Source of the DNA: Methylophaga frappieri
GTDB taxonomy: Bacteria > Pseudomonadota > Gammaproteobacteria > Nitrosococcales > Methylophagaceae
DNA: 32,000 nt
Assembly: GCF_000260965.1 (NCBI RefSeq)
Contig: NC_017856.1
Location: 2,640,001 to 2,672,000, forward strand
Direction: 5' to 3'
This document shows positions 18,439 through 28,187 of the stretch, piece by piece; within the stretch, counting starts at the first letter, position 1; each line of letters begins with the position of its first letter. The position numbers were made by a program, and so were the translations under genes. Under the pieces are notes generated by a model that saw nothing but the letters and a program-made list of their open reading frames with translations, was not told the DNA's origin and made no database searches.

Positions 18439-19116
18439 GGTATTGCGGCTAAGTAAATGCCTATTTAAGGCTTCTAATCTTTCGACTGTACCAATATCTG
18501 ACCAAGTGCCATCGAAATACGCTCCTGTAGCCCGCTGAGTGGCAATAGCCTCTAAAAGTAAAGGTTTGAGTGGCCTTTTTCGATCATCGAGCCCCGCAAA
18601 TAAGCGCGGGTGATACACCCCGATACCGCTATAGGTATATTTTTTGTCGCCCGTTAAATCAAGTAATCCAGCCTGAGTAAGTGCAAAATCGCCATCAGGA
18701 TGGTGTGCTGGGTTATGGGTTAGGATCAAATGGCAGTCTTTGTTATCGGCCAGGGCATGACGGAGTTTCCTAAACGGATAATCTGTCCATATATCACCAT
18801 TTACCACAAGAAACGGTGCAGAGCCTAGAATCGGTAATGCATGGATAATTCCACCTGCTGTTTCAAGTCCACCGTTATTTTCTGCCGAATAAGTCAAATT
18901 GGCATGCCATTGATGTCCATCGCCAAGCACCGCTGGAAATTGTTCTCCTAAATGCGCGTGGTTAATGACGATTTCGTTAAAACCGGCACTGACAAGTTGC
19001 TGAATAAGATGAACGATTAAGGGTTTATTGCCGGCGAGAAGTAAGGGCTTTGGCGTATGGTCAGTTAACGGCCGGAGTCGTTCGCCTCGTCCTGCAGCAA
19101 GAATCATAGCTTTCAT
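18427..19116 (-). CDS. murU: N-acetylmuramate alpha-1-phosphate uridylyltransferase (sugar nucleotidyltransferase)
   Basis: It begins [23 protein letters not shown] (G-x-G-x-R nucleotidyltransferase motif), is ~229 aa, and is translationally coupled (ATGA overlap) to an upstream AmgK-like kinase, as in Pseudomonas amgK-murU. Confidence 0.75.
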   Translation of the reverse strand: MKAMILAAGRGERLRPLTDHTPKPLLLAGNKPLIVHLIQQLVSAGFNEIVINHAHLGEQFPAVLGDGHQWHANLTYSAENNGGLETAGGIIHALPILGSAPFLVVNGDIWTDYPFRKLRHALADNKDCHLILTHNPAHHPDGDFALTQAGLLDLTGDKKYTYSGIGVYHPRLFAGLDDRKRPLKPLLLEAIATQRATGAYFDGTWSDIGTVERLEALNRHLLSRNTSSA

Positions 19117-20087
19117 ACGCGTTGTTCTATTTTATTTTCGTCTAAAAATGCGGCCAAAGGTTGTAGTTCAGGATACCGGCTACACACCTCGGTAACATAG
19201 TTGAGTACGACTTTTAAATCATTTAGATATTGTGATTTATTATCACGATAGTGCAACCTGCAAAAGATACCTAATACCTTTAAATGTCTTTGTAATCCCA
19301 TAAATTCAAATGATTTTTTAAAATTATCAAAGTCGGTAAACGTCACGTTATGATGATTGGATCGTTCATAATAATACCTAAGCCATTGGGTGATTTTATG
19401 GGCTGGCCATTGGATGTAAGCATCTTTTAACAGCGAAACCAAATCGTAGCTTGCTGGCCCCCAAACAGCATCTTGAAAATCAATAATACCGACCGAACCA
19501 TCGGATAACTGCATTAAGTTACGTGAGTGATAATCTCTGTGAACAAAACATTGTGGCTCACTCAGTGCATTATCAAGCAGCAGCGGATATAGCTTTTGGA
19601 GTAACGCAGGCGGCTTGAGTTGTAAATGCCGTTCCAGAAACCACTCATCAAACAGGGTTAACTCGCGCATTAATAATGATGCGTCATAAAGCGGGATGTC
19701 TGGCGGCTGCGCAATTGCCTGCATCTGAATGATCTGGTCAATTGCTTGATGATATAGCCGATCAGCAGAATCGGCTGTCAGAATATCCAAATAGGGTGTT
19801 GTGCCAAAATCATCAAGCAATAAAAAACCTTGCTGGGCGTCTTCGGCATAAATGTGAGGTACGGGTACATCATGCCGACTTAAGAGGCGGGCTATTGTGA
19901 CAAAAGGGCGTACATCCTCATGCTCTGGCGGCGCATCCATGATAATTTTACTGCCGTTTGCAACTTTTAAACGAAAATACCGTCGGAAACTTGCGTCATT
20001 TGAAGCGACAGATATTTGAAAATTATTTCCTTTGTAAAACAGTTGTAGCCATTTCAGCATCAGTTGATATCGGGTTGTATTAGACAT
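19113..20087 (-). CDS. amgK: Anomeric MurNAc/GlcNAc kinase (aminoglycoside-phosphotransferase fold)
   Basis: It has the APH-family catalytic motifs HRDYHSRNLM and IDFQDA, and is paired with murU. Confidence 0.75.
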   Translation of the reverse strand: MSNTTRYQLMLKWLQLFYKGNNFQISVASNDASFRRYFRLKVANGSKIIMDAPPEHEDVRPFVTIARLLSRHDVPVPHIYAEDAQQGFLLLDDFGTTPYLDILTADSADRLYHQAIDQIIQMQAIAQPPDIPLYDASLLMRELTLFDEWFLERHLQLKPPALLQKLYPLLLDNALSEPQCFVHRDYHSRNLMQLSDGSVGIIDFQDAVWGPASYDLVSLLKDAYIQWPAHKITQWLRYYYERSNHHNVTFTDFDNFKKSFEFMGLQRHLKVLGIFCRLHYRDNKSQYLNDLKVVLNYVTEVCSRYPELQPLAAFLDENKIEQRV

Positions 20088-20203
20088 TGTTTGTGAAACA
20101 GATAAATTTAAAAAAACTCAGTGTATAGTATCAATTAGATATAGCGATAATGACGTTATAAAATGAAAGTTTCAGTGAGTACGTAAAGTAATCGGAGTTA
20201 TCA

Positions 20204-20596
20204 ATGAAAAAAGTATCTTTTTGGCATGTCCCAATGTTGATCATGTTGCCCTTTACGGCACGTGCTGAAAATATTACCGCCCCGGCCGATATGCCTGAGG
20301 CGGCCCAATTTGCCATGACAACGCTCATAACTGAATATAATAAATGTATGATGTCATCCCGGTTAGATGTGGCTGCCAATGGTAAAGATGCGCAAAACCA
20401 TGCTAACGAGATTTTGCAGTCTTGTGAAAACCATTTAGTTGAATTGCAGAACCTGCTTGATGAGCAAAATGTTAATGCATCACTTTCTTTTGGCATGATT
20501 AAAACACTACGGTCCAGAGCAGCAAGAAAGTTAATGGCACAAACGATGAACAACCTTGCTGCACAAGCAATGGCAGCTGAAAACGCCAAAAAATAA
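20204..20596 (+). CDS. Hypothetical secreted, helical protein
   Basis: It has a GGAG RBS 6 nt upstream and a Sec signal peptide (MKKVSFWHVPMLIMLPFTARA|EN). The mature part is alpha-helix-prone with two Cys. I do not recognise the family. Confidence 0.6.
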   Translation: MKKVSFWHVPMLIMLPFTARAENITAPADMPEAAQFAMTTLITEYNKCMMSSRLDVAANGKDAQNHANEILQSCENHLVELQNLLDEQNVNASLSFGMIKTLRSRAARKLMAQTMNNLAAQAMAAENAKK

Positions 20597-20603
20597 TGAT
20601 TGC

Positions 20604-21185
20604 CTAACGCAACACATCAACCCCTTCGGAAGCGAGAAAATTAACCAGTTGAATCAATGGTAACCCAATCAAGCTATTAGGGTCCTGACCATTTAATGCC
20701 TGAAAAAGACTGATTCCCAAGCCTTCGGATTTAAAGCTGCCGGCACAATCCAGCGGCTGTTCTTTTTCAATATAGCGCGTAATTTGTTGGGTGGTGAGTG
20801 AGCGAAAATGCACTTCGTAAGGTTCGACCAAGGATTGCATGGTGCCGGTTCTTGCATTAAACAATGCTAGCCCGGTTAAAAAGGTCACCATATTGCCGCT
20901 CGCTTCAGTCAACTGTTTGATGGCCTTTTCTGTAGTGCCGGGTTTGCCCATTATTTTATTATTTAAAACGGCCACCTGATCCGAGCCGATTATCAGTGAA
21001 TCGGGATGACTTTCAGCAACTTTACGAGCTTTGTTTTCAGCAAGACGCAACACAAGCTGTGCTGGGGATTCGCCCAAAAGCGGGGATTCATCAATTTGCG
21101 GTGAGGCCACTTGGTAATCAAGGTGTAACTTGTCGAGTAAGGTAGCCCGATATGGGGAGCTAGAGCCAAGAATCAAGGTTTGCAT
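20604..21185 (-). CDS. yceF: Maf-like nucleoside triphosphate pyrophosphatase, YceF subtype
   Basis: It is collinear with E. coli YceF throughout (LILGSSSPYR..., IIGSDQV, CAGSFKSEGLGI, DPNSLIGLPL). Confidence 0.88.
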   Translation of the reverse strand: MQTLILGSSSPYRATLLDKLHLDYQVASPQIDESPLLGESPAQLVLRLAENKARKVAESHPDSLIIGSDQVAVLNNKIMGKPGTTEKAIKQLTEASGNMVTFLTGLALFNARTGTMQSLVEPYEVHFRSLTTQQITRYIEKEQPLDCAGSFKSEGLGISLFQALNGQDPNSLIGLPLIQLVNFLASEGVDVLR

Positions 21186-21191
21186 AAGTTG

Positions 21192-22829
<1,638 letters not shown>

Positions 22830-22962
22830 TTATCCCATAATAGAAAATAGTCGGACAAGCTAGCCTGACCATGCTAATGCACTATACTGACTACCGAATC
22901 CAGTCTCAACAACTCTGCATTTGTGTTAAGGGTGAGGCAATTAAATTATTCAGGAGATAAAT

Positions 22963-23544
22963 TTGCAGCATAGGTGGTTTAACGATGAGTGGTTGTGGGC
23001 AGCGGTTTTAATTTTAATCTGTTTATGTATTTGGTTGTATATCCGGATCCGACGTCGTGATTTTTCTCCAGAACAACAAATTCAGCGAATTCTGAAGCCT
23101 TATCTGGTAGCGCAATCAAGAAAGGTACTGGTGCCAGATGGCATTGGTGGTTTAATGGAAATTGATCATCTTATTTTGCTTCGGCAAGGCTTTCTTATCT
23201 TGCAATCATTACCTTTAAATGGACATTTGTTTGGATCGGATCAGACCGCACAATGGACCCAGTTAACAGAGGGTCGTAGCTATCCTTTTACAAATCCACT
23301 GCATTATCTGCAAAATATGCAGCAATCTTTAACGGTATTGGTGCCACAGATTCCAGTCTATACGCATATCGTGTTTACCGGTCGTTGTAACTTTCCTAAA
23401 GACAAACCGGCACGAGCATCGCTGATCAATACTCTGGAAGCGGACTTATCTTCAGTATTTTCCGCCAAACCATTGCCGGAAGCCGTGTTAAATGAAGCCT
23501 GGGAAACGGTCACCGAAAGTATTAAATTGGAGTCAGTGGGGTAA
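22963..23544 (+). CDS. Membrane-anchored NERD (nuclease-related domain) protein
   Basis: It has an N-terminal TM helix (WLWAAVLILICLCIWLYI) and the NERD-like pattern EIDHLILLRQGFLILQS...G...W.Q...FTNPLHYLQN...HIVF. The start is TTG, with an AGGAG RBS 6 nt upstream. Confidence 0.6.
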   Translation: MQHRWFNDEWLWAAVLILICLCIWLYIRIRRRDFSPEQQIQRILKPYLVAQSRKVLVPDGIGGLMEIDHLILLRQGFLILQSLPLNGHLFGSDQTAQWTQLTEGRSYPFTNPLHYLQNMQQSLTVLVPQIPVYTHIVFTGRCNFPKDKPARASLINTLEADLSSVFSAKPLPEAVLNEAWETVTESIKLESVG

Positions 23545-23549
23545 AAGAA

Positions 23550-24497
23550 ATGACGCAATCCTCAACAGCATCTGTTGCCAAACCACTGGTTGTTGCCATT
23601 TCCTCTCGTGCTTTATTTGATCTGGACGAAAGCCATCGCATCTACGAGCAGGAGGGTACCGAGGCTTACTGCCAGTATCAGATAGCGAATGAAGATAAAC
23701 CCTTACCGCCAGGCGGTGCCTTCAATCTGGTTAGGAAGCTGCTTTCTTTAAACGATAACAACCCCAAAACACCGCGGGTTGAAATCATTCTGTTGTCTCG
23801 TAATAGTGCTGACACCGGGTTGCGGGTGTTTAATTCAATTCAATATCATAATTTGCGTATCAGTCGCGCTGTATTTACTTCAGGGGATAGTCCTTACCGC
23901 TATGTTTCCCCATTTAGTGCGAATCTGTTTCTGTCAACCAGCCCGGAAGATGTCAGAATGGCCCTGGATGCGGGTATTGCAGCAGCAACGATTTTTCCTT
24001 CAGATGTTGGCAATAATACGGAATTTGATGAGTTACGCATCGCCTTTGATGGCGATGCGGTTTTGTTTTCAGATGAATCAGAGCGCATTTTTAAAGAACG
24101 TGGTCTGGAAGCATTTACCCAAAATGAACAGAAAACAGCCCGCCAACCCATGACCGGCGGGCCATTCAAAGATTTCTTAATGGCTTTAAACCGCATTCAA
24201 ACTGAGTATCCAGAAAACTCCGCGCCCATTCGAACGGCGCTGGTCACGGCACGGTCAGCGCCAGCGCATGAACGGGTTATTCGTACGCTGAGAGAGTGGG
24301 GGATTCGGATCGATGAAGCCATTTTTTTGGGCGGAATGGCCAAGGGACCGTTTCTTAAAGCTTTTGGTGCAGATATTTTCTTTGATGATCAGGAGCAGCA
24401 TTGTGAGTCGGCAAAGGCGCACGTTGCGACAGGTCATGTACCTCATGGTATTGCTAATACTGCGCAGGCCGAGCCGCCGGAAACTAAACAGCAGTGA
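23550..24497 (+). CDS. 5'-nucleotidase family protein (bacterial cytosolic 5'-nucleotidase-like)
   Basis: The N-terminal pattern VVAISSRALFDLDESHRIYEQEG..AY and FDGDAVLFSDESE resemble the bacterial 5'-nucleotidase (PF06189-type) family as I recall it. It starts 5 nt downstream of the NERD gene. Confidence 0.65.
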   Translation: MTQSSTASVAKPLVVAISSRALFDLDESHRIYEQEGTEAYCQYQIANEDKPLPPGGAFNLVRKLLSLNDNNPKTPRVEIILLSRNSADTGLRVFNSIQYHNLRISRAVFTSGDSPYRYVSPFSANLFLSTSPEDVRMALDAGIAAATIFPSDVGNNTEFDELRIAFDGDAVLFSDESERIFKERGLEAFTQNEQKTARQPMTGGPFKDFLMALNRIQTEYPENSAPIRTALVTARSAPAHERVIRTLREWGIRIDEAIFLGGMAKGPFLKAFGADIFFDDQEQHCESAKAHVATGHVPHGIANTAQAEPPETKQQ

Positions 24498-24601
24498 ATT
24501 TGCTACAATTTATTTACCACTAGCATAGGCTGGTTTTAGCCGCTTTAACGGGCTATAATACGCGACTGAATTTCATTAGGGGTTACCCTAACAAGAGTTT
24601 T

Positions 24602-24686
24602 GCGAGAGTGGCGGAACTGGTAGACGCGCTGGATTTAGGTTCCAGTAGGGCAACCTGTGAGAGTTCGAGTCTCTCCTCTCGTACCA
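24602..24686 (+). tRNA. tRNA-Leu, anticodon UAG
   Basis: It folds as a cloverleaf by hand: acceptor GCGAGAG/CTCTCGT (terminal G-U), anticodon stem CTGGA/TCCAG with loop TTTAGGT (anticodon TAG at 24636-24638), a long variable arm, T-arm GAGAG-TTCGAGT-CTCTC, and an encoded CCA. A perfect TATAAT lies at 24555-24560 upstream. Confidence 0.93.
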
Positions 24687-24746
24687 TCATAAAGATTGTG
24701 GGGTTAAATCACCCAATATTCTGACCCCCCATATTTGAGGTAAAGA

Positions 24747-26045
24747 ATGCAAGTAACAGTAGAAAATGTCAGCGAGCTGGGCAGAAAAATGACGATCACG
24801 GTTGAAGACGTCAATATTAAAGAAGCAGTTCAGCAGCGCTTGGCGTCAATTCGTCCAAAAGTCAAAATGGCTGGTTTCCGCCCGGGCAAAGTGCCTATGA
24901 AAATGGTGGAAAAAACACATGGTATGTCAGCACGCAGTGAAATCATTGATGAACTGGTGCAAAAAAGCATGCGTGAAGCTTTTGAGAAAGAGAAAGTCAA
25001 TCCAGCGAGCACGCCACAAGTTGATAGCTTGAAGGAAGAAGACTCTTCTCTGATATATACGCTGAATTACGAAATTTTTCCGGAAGTAAAAACGGTAGAA
25101 CTGAAAGGGCTTGAGCTCGACAAATCTGTTGCTGAAGTGACGGATGAAGATGTCGATAACATGCTTAACACCTTACGTGAGCAACGAGCAACCTGGGATC
25201 CGCTAAAACGCGCCGCGAAAGAAGAAGATGGCGTTACCATTGATTTTGTTGGCCGGATTGACGGTGAAGAGTTTCAAGGTGGTAAAGGTCAGGACGTGCT
25301 GGTTGTGATCGGCAACGGCAGTATGCTGCCGGAGTTTGAAGAACAACTTGTTGGCGTTAAAGCTGGTCAAGACACAACCGTTACATTGACCTTTCCAGAT
25401 GATTACCGAGCTGAGCACCTGCGTGGTAAAACAGCCGAATTTGCGGTAACGGTTAAGCAAGTTGCTAAGCAAAAACTTCCTAAATTAGACAAATCATTTG
25501 CTGAGTTATGTGGTGTTGAGGGTGGCTTGGCCGCATTGAAAAAAGAAGTTCGCACCAATATGGAACGTGAACTTGCTAATACCTTAAAAAATCTCAACAA
25601 ACGTCAAGCACTGGACAAATTAGCTGACAATAATCAGTTTGCACTCCCTGAAGCGGCAGTAGAACGTGAAGCTCAGCATTTGATGGAACAAGCTAAAAAC
25701 AACCTGCGCCAACAAGGCGTTAACGTCGAAGGACTGCCTTTTGAGTTGGAAACCTTCAAGGGCAATGCCACAAAACGGGTTAAGCTAAGCCTGCTGGTCA
25801 GTAAAATTATCGCTGACAATGACATTAAGCCTGACGAAGATAAAGTTAAATCGGCGATTGATGCTATTGCCGCCAGTTACGAAGATCCTGAAGATGTTGT
25901 GAACTATTACCGTAACAATCAAGACAAACTTTCTGAAATTCAGATGATGGTAGTGGAAGATAGTGTTGTTGATTGGATCTTTGACAATGTTAAAGTAACG
26001 GAAAAAACGTCAACGTTCTCTGAGGTGATGAACGCGGCACGGTAA
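24747..26045 (+). CDS. tig: Trigger factor
   Basis: It has the ribosome-binding motif GFRPGKVP and a central FKBP-type domain, is ~432 aa, and sits upstream of clpP-clpX-lon. Confidence 0.95.
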   Translation: MQVTVENVSELGRKMTITVEDVNIKEAVQQRLASIRPKVKMAGFRPGKVPMKMVEKTHGMSARSEIIDELVQKSMREAFEKEKVNPASTPQVDSLKEEDSSLIYTLNYEIFPEVKTVELKGLELDKSVAEVTDEDVDNMLNTLREQRATWDPLKRAAKEEDGVTIDFVGRIDGEEFQGGKGQDVLVVIGNGSMLPEFEEQLVGVKAGQDTTVTLTFPDDYRAEHLRGKTAEFAVTVKQVAKQKLPKLDKSFAELCGVEGGLAALKKEVRTNMERELANTLKNLNKRQALDKLADNNQFALPEAAVEREAQHLMEQAKNNLRQQGVNVEGLPFELETFKGNATKRVKLSLLVSKIIADNDIKPDEDKVKSAIDAIAASYEDPEDVVNYYRNNQDKLSEIQMMVVEDSVVDWIFDNVKVTEKTSTFSEVMNAAR

Positions 26046-26067
26046 GTCGATTGTCAAGACTGAATCA

Positions 26068-26106
26068 GGCCCGAGCTCAGATTACTGGGCGCGGGCTTAT
26101 TTTTTT
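26068..26106 (+). terminator. Possible terminator or attenuator between tig and clpP
   Basis: An imperfect GC stem (GCCCGAGC / GCGCGGGC, one mismatch, ~12-nt loop) is followed by TTATTTTTTT. Confidence 0.4.
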
Positions 26107-26128
26107 GGGGTGAAATAACAGGAATTTT

Positions 26129-26764
26129 ATGAGCAATATTTTTAGTGGAGAAACCCAATCGGTCAGTAATGCACTGGTTCCTATTGTTGTTGAGCAAACT
26201 TCTCGTGGAGAACGTTCTTACGACATATACTCCCGACTGCTTAAAGAACGTGTTATTTTTCTGGTCGGTCAGGTTGAAGATCACATGGCCAACTTAATTG
26301 TGGCGCAACTGTTATTTCTTGAGTCGGAAAATCCGGATAAAGATATTCACTTGTATATTAATTCACCAGGTGGGGCGGTAACCGCTGGCTTGGCAATTTA
26401 CGATACAATGCAATTTATCAAGCCGGATGTCAGTACGCTGTGTATTGGTCAGGCGGCTAGTATGGGGGCCTTGTTGCTGACTGCCGGTGCGGCAGGTAAA
26501 CGCTTTGCTTTGCCTAACTCGCGCATGATGGTTCATCAGCCCTTAGGTGGTTTTCAAGGGCAGGCCTCTGACATTGATATTCACGCCAAAGAAATTCTTA
26601 GTATTCGTGACCGGTTAAATCGAATCATGTCACACCATACGGGTCAAAAAATTGAGCAGATCGAAAAAGACACGGATCGTGATAACTTTATGAATGGTGA
26701 GCAAGCGGCAAAATATGGCTTAATTGACTCAGTATTGACAGAAAGACCAGATACTACTTCCTGA
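26129..26764 (+). CDS. clpP: ATP-dependent Clp protease proteolytic subunit
   Basis: It has a catalytic Ser context (GQAASMGA), a His context (MVHQP), and [17 protein letters not shown]. Confidence 0.96.
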   Translation: MSNIFSGETQSVSNALVPIVVEQTSRGERSYDIYSRLLKERVIFLVGQVEDHMANLIVAQLLFLESENPDKDIHLYINSPGGAVTAGLAIYDTMQFIKPDVSTLCIGQAASMGALLLTAGAAGKRFALPNSRMMVHQPLGGFQGQASDIDIHAKEILSIRDRLNRIMSHHTGQKIEQIEKDTDRDNFMNGEQAAKYGLIDSVLTERPDTTS

Positions 26765-26791
26765 ACCCGACATCGTTAGGAATGAATTGCA

Positions 26792-28063
26792 ATGAGTGAC
26801 GACAAAAAAAACGACGAGAAATTACTTTACTGTTCTTTTTGCGGCAAAAGTCAGCATGAAGTTAAAAAACTGATTGCGGGTCCTTCCGTATTCGTTTGTG
26901 ATGAATGTGTCGAACTGTGCAATGACATCATTCGCGAAGAATTACAGGAACAAAAGACCGACTCGGCTGAGGCTCGACTGCCAACACCGCATGAAATCAA
27001 TACGGCGTTGGATAATTATGTTATCGGTCAGGAAAAAGCGAAGCGCGTTTTATCAGTGGCTGTTTATAACCACTACAAACGGCTTCGTCATGGGCAAAAG
27101 TCAGACGATGTTGAGCTTTCAAAAAGTAATATCCTGTTGATAGGGCCAACGGGTAGCGGTAAGACTTTATTGGCTGAAACCTTGGCGCGTCAGTTAAATG
27201 TCCCCTTTACGATGGCCGACGCGACCACGCTGACCGAAGCCGGTTATGTGGGTGAAGACGTTGAAAACATTATTCAGAAATTACTGCAAAAATGTGATTA
27301 TGACGTTGACAAAGCGGAAACGGGTATCGTCTACATCGATGAGATAGATAAAATATCCAAGAAATCGGATAACCCGTCGATCACCCGTGATGTTTCAGGT
27401 GAAGGCGTACAGCAAGCGCTATTAAAGCTGATCGAAGGCACGATTGCATCTGTTCCACCTCAAGGCGGGCGCAAGCATCCTCAGCAGGAGTTTTTGCAGG
27501 TTGATACCAGTAAAATTTTGTTTATCTGTGGTGGCGCTTTTGCGGGACTAGATAAAGTCATTCGTAATCGATCGCACAAAGGCGGTATTGGCTTTTCAGC
27601 TGAAGTAAAAAGTGTCGAAACGCAAAGAAGCTTTAGTGAAGCCTTGCAAACCGTTGAGCCTGAAGATTTGATTCAATATGGCTTAATCCCAGAGTTTGTT
27701 GGCCGGTTACCGGTCGTTGCGACGCTTAATGAGTTGGACGAAGCAGCATTGATTCAGATTTTGACTGAACCCAAGAATGCTTTGACCAAACAATATCAAA
27801 AAATGTTTGAACTTGAAGAGTGTGAACTGGAGTTTCGCGAAGATGCATTACGCGCCATTGCGCAAAAAGCAATGGAACGTAAAACGGGTGCACGGGGCCT
27901 TCGTTCTATCATTGAAAATGTCCTGTTAGATACGATGTTTGATCTGCCTTCATTGAGCAGTGTGAGTAAAGCTGTAGTTGATGAAAGTGTGATTAATGGT
28001 GAAAATCCACCTATTTTGATGTATCAAGATACTGAGAAAAATCTCGCAGCAAGCGATAAATAG
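26792..28063 (+). CDS. clpX: ATP-dependent Clp protease ATP-binding subunit ClpX
   Basis: It has an N-terminal C4 zinc finger (CSFCGKS...CDEC), a Walker A motif (GPTGSGKT) and a Walker B motif (IVYIDEIDK). Confidence 0.96.
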   Translation: MSDDKKNDEKLLYCSFCGKSQHEVKKLIAGPSVFVCDECVELCNDIIREELQEQKTDSAEARLPTPHEINTALDNYVIGQEKAKRVLSVAVYNHYKRLRHGQKSDDVELSKSNILLIGPTGSGKTLLAETLARQLNVPFTMADATTLTEAGYVGEDVENIIQKLLQKCDYDVDKAETGIVYIDEIDKISKKSDNPSITRDVSGEGVQQALLKLIEGTIASVPPQGGRKHPQQEFLQVDTSKILFICGGAFAGLDKVIRNRSHKGGIGFSAEVKSVETQRSFSEALQTVEPEDLIQYGLIPEFVGRLPVVATLNELDEAALIQILTEPKNALTKQYQKMFELEECELEFREDALRAIAQKAMERKTGARGLRSIIENVLLDTMFDLPSLSSVSKAVVDESVINGENPPILMYQDTEKNLAASDK

Positions 28064-28085
28064 TCGTTGCTCTGCTATGCCTGAT

Positions 28086-28119
28086 ATCAAGTGGTCGAGT
28101 TCGGCCGCTTGATTTTTTT
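28086..28119 (+). terminator. Rho-independent terminator after clpX
   Basis: A 12-bp stem (ATCAAGTGGTCG / CGGCCGCTTGAT, two G-U pairs) with a 4-nt loop is followed by T7. Confidence 0.6.
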
Positions 28120-28135
28120 GTGGCTGCCCCAATAT
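28108..28135 (+). promoter_or_regulatory. Candidate sigma-32 (heat-shock) promoter for lon
   Basis: CTTGAT-N13-CCCCAATAT matches the E. coli sigma-32 consensus CTTGAA-N13/14-CCCCATNT. It lies 52 nt upstream of the lon ATG. Confidence 0.45.
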
Positions 28136-28187
28136 CCCTTACATCTTTAAATAATCCTGCTTATTGCAGGGCAATGAGGTTCCCTTG

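Noticed and set aside
20131-20589. A 152-aa minus-strand ORF overlapping the secreted-protein gene.
   Set aside because: It has no RBS or signal features, and it is Cys/Ala/Ser-rich with odd composition. The plus-strand ORF has a GGAG RBS and a canonical signal peptide.
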